Assembly (NCBI GenBank): GCA_964521065.1
Contig: CAZFPQ010000002.1
Coordinates: 21,909 to 85,908, forward strand
Length of the DNA stretch: 64,000 nt
Source of the DNA: an uncultured Bacteroidia bacterium
Lineage (GTDB): Bacteria > Bacteroidota > Bacteroidia > J057
Direction: 5' to 3'
The notes beneath the pieces were generated by a model. That model had not been told where the DNA came from and did no database searches. It saw only the letters and a program-made list of their open reading frames with translations. Of the stretch, positions 57,510 through 64,000 are shown piece by piece (positions within the stretch are counted from its first letter, which is position 1; each line of letters starts with the position of its first letter). A program made the position numbers and the translations under genes.

Positions 57510-60500
57510 ATGGACACTACAACAACTACTAGGCAACTAATTGCTTTGTCCAAAATTGCCCTATTTACCTTTTGCATCGGCTGCTTTAGCCTATATCCGG
57601 CAATGGCAGAAACGGACTATCCGGGTCAGCCTGATATAAAAGAGGTAAAGCTATCCGTCAACTGGAATCAGATGACCCTAGGCAAAGCATTCTCAGAAAT
57701 CGAACGAAAAACAGACTTTTTCTTTTCCTACGACGAAACACTACTCAGAGACCAGAGCGTAATTACCTATCGGGCAGAAAAAGAACCATTAACCCGGGTA
57801 TTACAGCACATCTCGAATCAGACAGATCTCACCTTCAAGCAAGTAAAGGACTACATCCTGGTTCGACGAAAGAAAAAAGCCAGTACGGGTACTCTAAAGC
57901 AGCTCGAGCCGGCGCCCGTTCGCGCTCCTCTGGCCCACCCCCTGCGGCAGCCCGAGCTTAGCTCACTTTATCCGTTAGAAAAAGAAATCTCTGGCACCGT
58001 GACCAACGAAGCGGGAGAACCGCTTACGGGAGCGACCGTCATCGCCAAAGGTACCAACATTGGGATGATCACAGATGAGGAAGGAAAATTTAGCATAACC
58101 GTGCCCGATAAGGTGACTACCTTAACCATATCTTTTATTGGCTTCGTGCCTCTAGACGTCTCTATTGCCGGCCAAAGTACCATCAATGTTTCGCTGGAAA
58201 TTGATGCCCTCAGCTTGAATGAGGTGGTGGTGGTAGGCTATGGAACCACCAAAAAATCTGACTTAACCGGTTCCGTTGCCTCTGTAAGTGCTGAAGATAT
58301 CGTAGCAGTTCCTAATTCAAGGGTTGACCAAGCCCTACAAGGCCGAGCAGCGGGAGTACATGTTACCCAAACCAGTGGAGCACCAGGAGCCGGAACCGTT
58401 ATCCGGGTTCGAGGAGGAAACTCTATTACTGGCAGCAATGAGCCTCTTTGGGTCATCGATGGAATCATTGTAGGGACGAATTTCAACTTGAACAACATCA
58501 ACTCAAATGACATTCAGTCGATAGAAGTCTTGAAGGATGCTTCCTCTATTGCCATTTATGGCTCTAGGGGAGCCAACGGGGTGGTCTTGGTTACCACCAA
58601 AAGTGGTGGTGGAGCAGTTCGCGGAAAACCTCAAGTAAGCTTTAACCTATACTCTGGTGTACAACTGGTACCTGAGCTGCCCGAAATGCTCACCCAAGAA
58701 GAGCAAATTGCCTTTACCAATGAGAGCGCTAGGTTCAGATCTGCGGCCGAACCATTTCCTGACGATCCATCTACCTACCCCAACAACGATTGGTATGACT
58801 TACTGCTTGGCCCTTCCCCTATGTACAACGCCGATGTCTCTATCGCCGGTTCTTCAGAAAATGGGAAAGTCAACTATTACAACTCTTTCAACTATTTCAA
58901 CCAAGATGGGCTGGTTATCAGCTCAGGCATTGAGAAATATATTTACCGATCCAACTTAGACCTGAAGCTCAGCGATAAAGTCAGCGCAGGTTTCCGACTC
59001 AATTACTCAAGGATTGCCAGGGATAATGGCGTGGTGAGCTTTGGCAACGCTTTTGCCACCCTGCCGACTCAGCCTATCCGCAATGAGGATGGAAGTTTTA
59101 ATGGGTTCAATGAGGTAGTAGGATCCCCTTTTTCCAATCCCATTGCCAATGCAGAGTTGAACACCAACGAGACTTTCACCAACAACCTGCTCGCAACGGC
59201 TTATGTAGAGTATCGTCCCTCTCCAAAGTGGACCATTCGCTCTACCTTCAACCCAGAATTCAACAACACCAAGCAAAATGTATTCAATTCCAGTGAGCGT
59301 CCAGACTTCCTTGAAGTAGGAGAGCTAGGGAATGCCCGGGTTCGCACAGTAGCCAGCACAGGATGGAACAATGAAAATACCATCCAGTACCAATCCGATA
59401 TTGGTACAGATCATCGCATTACGGTACTTGGTGGTGCATCTTTCCAGCAGGTACAGACCGAAATCACTGAAGCTGAAGCATTTGGTATCACCAGTGATGC
59501 CGCAGGTTTCAACAACCTAGCCTTTTCAGACCCCACCAGAGCAGTGGTTTCCAGTGATTTTACCGGCTTTCAAATCGCCTCCTTCTTTGGCAGGCTGAAC
59601 TATGTCTTCAGGGATAAATACCTCTTTACCGTAGTGGGAAGAACGGATGGCAGTTCCGTATTTGCCCCTGGGAACAAGTATGAATTCTACCCCTCAGTAG
59701 CTGCGGCTTGGAAAATATCTGAAGAGGCCTTTATGCAAAGTCAAAACTTTGTAGAAGACCTTAAACTGAGAGCGAGCTACGGACGTTCAGGCAATCAGGC
59801 CATCGGCCCCTACAGGACCCTAGGGCTGCTGACCGAGGCCAACACGACCCTCAATGGACTGCAAAATCCAGGACTGACCTTGGGACGGCCTGCCAACCCC
59901 AACCTGCGTTGGGAAACAACCACTTCCTTCGATGTCGCCCTAGAAGCGGCATTCCTTCGAGGCCGAATCTTTGCGGAATTGAATTACTATTATAAGAGAA
60001 CCGAAGACCTACTCCTGGATGTGACCATTCCCCGCCAAACTGGATTTACGAGTCAGTTACAAAATATCGGCTCCCTACAAAACCAAGGTTGGGAACTGTT
60101 GCTGACCTCTCGAAACTTCGTACAGGATAAATTCACCTGGTCTTCTACCGTTACTTTGGCGGCCAACAATAACGAAATCCTTGATCTAGGTGGCGCTGAG
60201 TTTATCGATGTAACCGTAGATGAGATTTTAGGCTCAGGAAATACACGCCTCATCGTCGGCCAACCCGTACCTGTATTTACTGGAGTTCAATACCTAGGTA
60301 CCTGGAAAAGTCAAGAGGAGATTGATGCTTCTGGCCTCAGTTCTCAAGTCGTAGGTGGACCTCGCTACGAGGACCTAAATGGAGACGGCATTATTTCTAC
60401 AGAAGATAACATCGTGATTGGAGATCCTACTCCCGACCTAATCTTTGGTGTTGACAATACCTTCTCGATCCAGAACTTTGATTTCTCTTTTTACTTCCAG

Positions 60501-60929
60501 GGAACGCTTGGCAATGAGGTATACAACCTCAGAATGCGAAACCACTATTTCAACCGAGGTGAAACCACCAAGTTTGCGGACTTAGCTAATCGCTGGACCC
60601 CAGAAAACCCTGCCTCAGATATTCCTAGAGCAGGATCAGATGCGGTCACCACCAATCTGAGCAACACGGAATACGTGGAAGATGGGTCTCATCTGCGCCT
60701 AAAAACCGTCCGACTAGCTTACAACATTTTCGGAACCGATCGGATCCAGAATGCCACCATCTATCTGACTGGCACTAACCTACTGTTGTTATCCAACTTC
60801 CGGCTCATTGACCCAGAGACCAGTCGTTTTGGCAGAAATGGCCTAGGAAACATTGCCCAAGGCTATGCCAACGGGGAATATCCAAATCCTCGCATTATAA
60901 CCCTTGGATTTAACATCACCTTTAAATAG
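57510..60929 (+). CDS. susC: SusC/RagA-family TonB-dependent transporter with N-terminal STN signalling domain
   Basis: The start is moved to the ATG at 57510 (MDTTTTTRQLIALSKIALF...). The STN-like block is VNWNQMTLGKAFSEIERKTDFFFSYDE. The CarboxypepD_reg block is ISGTVTNEAGEPLTGATVIAKGTNIGMITDEEGKFSI. The SusC hallmark LNEVVVVGYGTTKKSDLTGSVASV is present, and the C-terminus is ...GFNITFK. Confidence 0.9.
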   Translation: MDTTTTTRQLIALSKIALFTFCIGCFSLYPAMAETDYPGQPDIKEVKLSVNWNQMTLGKAFSEIERKTDFFFSYDETLLRDQSVITYRAEKEPLTRVLQHISNQTDLTFKQVKDYILVRRKKKASTGTLKQLEPAPVRAPLAHPLRQPELSSLYPLEKEISGTVTNEAGEPLTGATVIAKGTNIGMITDEEGKFSITVPDKVTTLTISFIGFVPLDVSIAGQSTINVSLEIDALSLNEVVVVGYGTTKKSDLTGSVASVSAEDIVAVPNSRVDQALQGRAAGVHVTQTSGAPGAGTVIRVRGGNSITGSNEPLWVIDGIIVGTNFNLNNINSNDIQSIEVLKDASSIAIYGSRGANGVVLVTTKSGGGAVRGKPQVSFNLYSGVQLVPELPEMLTQEEQIAFTNESARFRSAAEPFPDDPSTYPNNDWYDLLLGPSPMYNADVSIAGSSENGKVNYYNSFNYFNQDGLVISSGIEKYIYRSNLDLKLSDKVSAGFRLNYSRIARDNGVVSFGNAFATLPTQPIRNEDGSFNGFNEVVGSPFSNPIANAELNTNETFTNNLLATAYVEYRPSPKWTIRSTFNPEFNNTKQNVFNSSERPDFLEVGELGNARVRTVASTGWNNENTIQYQSDIGTDHRITVLGGASFQQVQTEITEAEAFGITSDAAGFNNLAFSDPTRAVVSSDFTGFQIASFFGRLNYVFRDKYLFTVVGRTDGSSVFAPGNKYEFYPSVAAAWKISEEAFMQSQNFVEDLKLRASYGRSGNQAIGPYRTLGLLTEANTTLNGLQNPGLTLGRPANPNLRWETTTSFDVALEAAFLRGRIFAELNYYYKRTEDLLLDVTIPRQTGFTSQLQNIGSLQNQGWELLLTSRNFVQDKFTWSSTVTLAANNNEILDLGGAEFIDVTVDEILGSGNTRLIVGQPVPVFTGVQYLGTWKSQEEIDASGLSSQVVGGPRYEDLNGDGIISTEDNIVIGDPTPDLIFGVDNTFSIQNFDFSFYFQGTLGNEVYNLRMRNHYFNRGETTKFADLANRWTPENPASDIPRAGSDAVTTNLSNTEYVEDGSHLRLKTVRLAYNIFGTDRIQNATIYLTGTNLLLLSNFRLIDPETSRFGRNGLGNIAQGYANGEYPNPRIITLGFNITFK

Positions 60930-60937
60930 AAGCTCCA

Positions 60938-62509
60938 ATGAAAGCTATACATATAAATATCGGTGCCTTAATCTTGATCCTTTGCCTAGGTTGTCAGAAC
61001 TTTTTGGAAGAGGACCCAAGAGCGATCATTGCACCAGAAAACTTCTTTGCCTCAGAAAATGATGCCAGGCAAGCCATCAACGGGATCTACGCCATCTACA
61101 AGAACAATTCCCTATATGGGCAGGTAGGGCTAGACCATTTTTATGACAATGGAGCAGACATCATCGAACCCAATCGTTCTGCAAACTTTGTAGAGCCCAT
61201 TGGAAACTACTCAATGAATGAAGCCTTAGCTGATGTATCGGTTCAAAAGATGAGCGTTTCCGACACTTGGAAGGACCTCTACCGAATCGTGTTAAACGCC
61301 AACATTATTTTGGACCGAGTAGAAGGAAACGAGGCAATCCTTCCAGATATCCAAACCGACATCATCGCTGAAGTATTATTCCTGCGCTCGCTTGCTTATT
61401 GGCACATCACCAATCTTTGGGGAGATGCTCCATATTACACCGAGAACCTTAGCATTGATGAAATCAAAGTATTGGGGAGAACGGATGAGGAGACCATCAT
61501 AGCTGGTATCCTAACCGATCTGCAGTTTGCCCAAGACAACATGCCGAGAAGGGACGAAATACCAGCGTCTAATCGAGGTCGTGCATCTAAGTGGGCGGCC
61601 GCCATCGTCATGGCGAAAATCTACATGAAGCAACAAAACTGGCAAGCAGGCCTAGACAAATGTCTAGAAATCATCAACGAATCTTCGCATTTGCTCATGC
61701 CCGCCTATGCCGATGTATTTGATCCGGCTCAGGAATACAATGACGAGATCATCTGGTCTTTGGACTTTGCGAAAGACATCAGGGGTCAATTTGAAGAAGG
61801 AGTCCCAAGAATCGCCGGCAACGGCAATTGGCGCCCCAGCATGTTCAACCCTCGCTTGAGAGACGAGCCTCTCAATACCGATGAGAGAGGAGCCCTTAGG
61901 GATGCTCTGTCCGCGAGAGGAGAAGCATTTAATGGTACAGGTCTGCAAGTCGCGTCCAAAGACTTTGCAGAGAAGTTCCCCATGAATGATCTGAGAAGAC
62001 CTTTGAATGTCTTGGATAACTACCTAGGATTTGATTTGGTATTCCCATACATGCCCAAATTCATGAATTTGAGTCTAGAGAGCTCCCCCAGATTCAACCA
62101 CTCTGACAATCGAATGATATTTCGACTAGGAGATGTCTATCTAATGGCTGCGGAGTGCGAAAATGAATTGAACGGACCGGCCAATGCCTACCCATATATT
62201 CACGCCATCCGGGAACGAGCTTATGAAACCCAAGCTGAATGGGAACTGACCGGATTGTCTCAACAAGAGTTCCGAGAAGCAATTTATGATGAACGTAAGT
62301 GGGAGTTGGCTGGAGAGGCGCATAGGCGCTATGACCTTATTCGATGGGGAATTCTATTGGAGGTTGTCCAGAACTTAGAATATCGGTTTTGGACCCCCGC
62401 CGAAAATATCAGACCCTACCATGTGTTGCTTCCTATCCCTTTACAAGAACTGCAGCTAAACCCTGCCTTGCTTGAATCGGATCCAACGAATAACGGATAC
62501 AGACAGTGA
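60938..62509 (+). CDS. susD: SusD/RagB-family outer-membrane glycan-binding lipoprotein
   Basis: The lipobox is LILILCLGCQNF. The typical SusD start is EEDPRAIIAPENFFASENDARQAINGIYA, and the C-terminal block is RKWELAGEAHRRYDLIRWG. The gene starts 8 nt after susC. Confidence 0.9.
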   Translation: MKAIHINIGALILILCLGCQNFLEEDPRAIIAPENFFASENDARQAINGIYAIYKNNSLYGQVGLDHFYDNGADIIEPNRSANFVEPIGNYSMNEALADVSVQKMSVSDTWKDLYRIVLNANIILDRVEGNEAILPDIQTDIIAEVLFLRSLAYWHITNLWGDAPYYTENLSIDEIKVLGRTDEETIIAGILTDLQFAQDNMPRRDEIPASNRGRASKWAAAIVMAKIYMKQQNWQAGLDKCLEIINESSHLLMPAYADVFDPAQEYNDEIIWSLDFAKDIRGQFEEGVPRIAGNGNWRPSMFNPRLRDEPLNTDERGALRDALSARGEAFNGTGLQVASKDFAEKFPMNDLRRPLNVLDNYLGFDLVFPYMPKFMNLSLESSPRFNHSDNRMIFRLGDVYLMAAECENELNGPANAYPYIHAIRERAYETQAEWELTGLSQQEFREAIYDERKWELAGEAHRRYDLIRWGILLEVVQNLEYRFWTPAENIRPYHVLLPIPLQELQLNPALLESDPTNNGYRQ

Positions 62510-62563
62510 GAGTAGTAGTAGTTTTGCCTGTTGACTTGCTTTAGCAAGAGGCAAATTCAGTGA

Positions 62564-62590
62564 GAGAAGCTACTGCCACAGTAGCTTCTC
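62564..62590 (+). terminator. Perfect 12-bp stem / 3-nt loop hairpin downstream of susD, preceded by a second composite hairpin at 62524-62554
   Basis: GAGAAGCTACTG-cca-CAGTAGCTTCTC was read directly from the sequence. The upstream element is TTGCCT..CTTGCT-tt-AGCAAG-AGGCAA. There is no strong U-run after it (aatttcat), so it may be a processing or stability element rather than a classical terminator. Confidence 0.45.
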
Positions 62591-62623
62591 AATTTCATCT
62601 CCACATTTTTCGACCTAAGTGAA

Positions 62624-64000
62624 ATGAAAAACCTTTTCTGGCTTTTAGTCCTCTTTGTTCATCACTCGATTCAGGCCCAAAACCCAATCGTAGCCAACCA
62701 AGGCTTGAACGATCCGCATATCCACATTTTCAATGACACGGCATATCTCTACGCCACGCATGATAAATCCATGGATAACCAATCCTTTGTCATGGAAGAC
62801 TGGTGGGTATGGTCCTCTATTGACTTGGTCAATTGGAAAAAAGAGAGCGTGCTAAAGCCTGAGGAAACCTACATCGGCAAGGCCTCTTCCGATTGTTGGG
62901 CCACCCATGCCGCATACCGTGACGGCAAGTATTACTGGTACTTTTCCGAGGGAAATCGCCAAACAGGGGTGATGGTTGGGCCTTCCCCCACAGGCCCTTG
63001 GCAGGATCCATTAGGGAAGCCCCTCTTGCCATCAGAACTGACTCTTACGGATGAGTACGACGCGGCAATCTTCGAAGAGAATGGGGAACACTACATCATA
63101 TTTGGGGTATGGGAATACTACATCGCTAAACTGAATGAAGACATGGTCAGTTTAGCTGAATCCCCTAGGCCAATTTCCATTCGTCATAAAGAAGGGCCGT
63201 ACGGAAAGGGTAAAACAGATGACAAGCCCTTTCTCCATAAATACCAAGATAAATACTACCTATCCTGGGGCTGTTTCTATGCCATGTCCGAGGACTTGTA
63301 TGGACCGTACACCTATGCCGGCACGGTAATGAACCACGAAAGCTTTGCCCAAGGCTACGCAGCACTTACCTGGCCAAATGGCTACTTACAAGGTCGGCAC
63401 GGTTCCTTCTTTGAATGGCACAATCAATGGTATTTCACCTACTGTGATATAAGCCAAACCGGCAATCCAAAGTTCAGAGATTCGTTCATCAGCTATGTCC
63501 ATTATAAGAAAAATGGCAAAATAGCGATGGTTCGCGTTGATGGGGTAGGAGTTGGACAATATGATGCTCAGCAGCCTCAGATCGAAGCCGAAGAGTATTT
63601 CGATGCCCAAGGTTGGAGCAAATCAGAGAAGGTAGAAGGAGGATTCATGGTGACGACTACCCAGGATAGCAGCTACCTTAATTTTCCCCATGTGCATGGT
63701 TTAGATGAGGTATCCCAGATCCGCTTTAAGCTGGCATCGGCTGATACCGGAAGTTTTACCATCCAGGTAAGGGCTGACAGCTTGAAAGGGAAGCTCTTAG
63801 CTGAGACGGATTGGACTCATAAAGGAAGTTCTGAGGTTTTCCAGACCATGGAACTCAGTCTCCCCAAGATGGAAGAAACAGAAAATCTCTACATTCTCAT
63901 TTATCACAAAACTGGACAATCTCTTCAGTTAGACCATTTTTCCTTTGACGGGGCCATGGACTACAGAGATGCCTCCCTTTCCGTGGAGCAACGAGTAGAA
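62624..64000 (+). CDS. GH43-family glycoside hydrolase plus CBM6/35-like module, truncated by the window end (not in the supplied ORF track because no stop is reached)
   Basis: I translated this by hand from the ATG at 62624; it gives 459 codons with no stop up to 64000. It begins MKNLFWLLVLFVHHSIQAQNPIVANQGLNDPHIHIFNDTAYLYATHD... Further blocks are DCWATHAAYRDGKYYWYFS, DDKPFLHKYQDKYYLSW and GRHGSFFEWHNQWYF (five-bladed GH43 pattern). These are followed by QIEAEEYFDAQGW...IRFKLAS..GSFTIQVRADS..GKLL (CBM6-like). Confidence 0.75.
   Translation, partial: MKNLFWLLVLFVHHSIQAQNPIVANQGLNDPHIHIFNDTAYLYATHDKSMDNQSFVMEDWWVWSSIDLVNWKKESVLKPEETYIGKASSDCWATHAAYRDGKYYWYFSEGNRQTGVMVGPSPTGPWQDPLGKPLLPSELTLTDEYDAAIFEENGEHYIIFGVWEYYIAKLNEDMVSLAESPRPISIRHKEGPYGKGKTDDKPFLHKYQDKYYLSWGCFYAMSEDLYGPYTYAGTVMNHESFAQGYAALTWPNGYLQGRHGSFFEWHNQWYFTYCDISQTGNPKFRDSFISYVHYKKNGKIAMVRVDGVGVGQYDAQQPQIEAEEYFDAQGWSKSEKVEGGFMVTTTQDSSYLNFPHVHGLDEVSQIRFKLASADTGSFTIQVRADSLKGKLLAETDWTHKGSSEVFQTMELSLPKMEETENLYILIYHKTGQSLQLDHFSFDGAMDYRDASLSVEQRVE

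Noticed and set aside
1-64000. Search by eye for CRISPR arrays, tRNA/rRNA genes, transposases, integrases, phage or defence-system genes.
   Set aside because: I found no repeat-spacer periodicity, no cloverleaf-like or rRNA-like non-coding stretch, and no ORF with DDE, tyrosine-recombinase or serine-recombinase motifs. Apart from the 34841-36129 gap, the window is filled with carbohydrate-utilisation genes.

Overview
The window is almost entirely coding. I call 32 CDS and found no rRNA or tRNA genes, CRISPR arrays, transposases or integrases. It reads as one very large polysaccharide-utilisation super-locus from a Bacteroidota genome, based on a SusC/SusD pair, three proteins with T9SS C-terminal sorting domains, and an ECF sigma/FecR/STN-SusC signalling module. 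The many sulfatases suggest a marine origin.

The enzyme content centres on sulfated L-rhamnose:
- four GH78-type alpha-L-rhamnosidase modules (CDS starting at 11589, 14950, 25468 and 52070)
- two GH106-like giant glycosidases (8153, 28810)
- four Cys-type S1 sulfatase modules (4111, 19670, 24009, 52070)
- a GH2, a GH43-CBM6, and a heparinase II/III-like lyase-fold protein
- two BNR_4-type beta-propeller proteins and a T9SS beta-helix protein
- a complete cytoplasmic L-rhamnose pathway: RhaT symporter, RhaI isomerase, FGGY kinase, bifunctional aldolase/dehydrogenase RhaEW, and FMN L-lactate dehydrogenase, with two paralogous AraC regulators

The most unusual items:
- a sulfatase-GH78 fusion (52070-55588)
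- a PL5-like alginate-lyase-fold domain fused to a GH78-like module (14950-18510)
- the two BNR_4 propellers as candidate new carbohydrate-active enzymes
- a Proteobacteria-style TonB receptor paired with a T9SS-anchored beta-helix protein instead of a SusD
- a 1.3-kb ORF-free gap in an otherwise tightly packed locus

All family assignments come from reading motifs in the translated ORFs by eye. No HMM or database search was run. The substrate prediction (ulvan-like or rhamnan-sulfate-like glycan) is inference.
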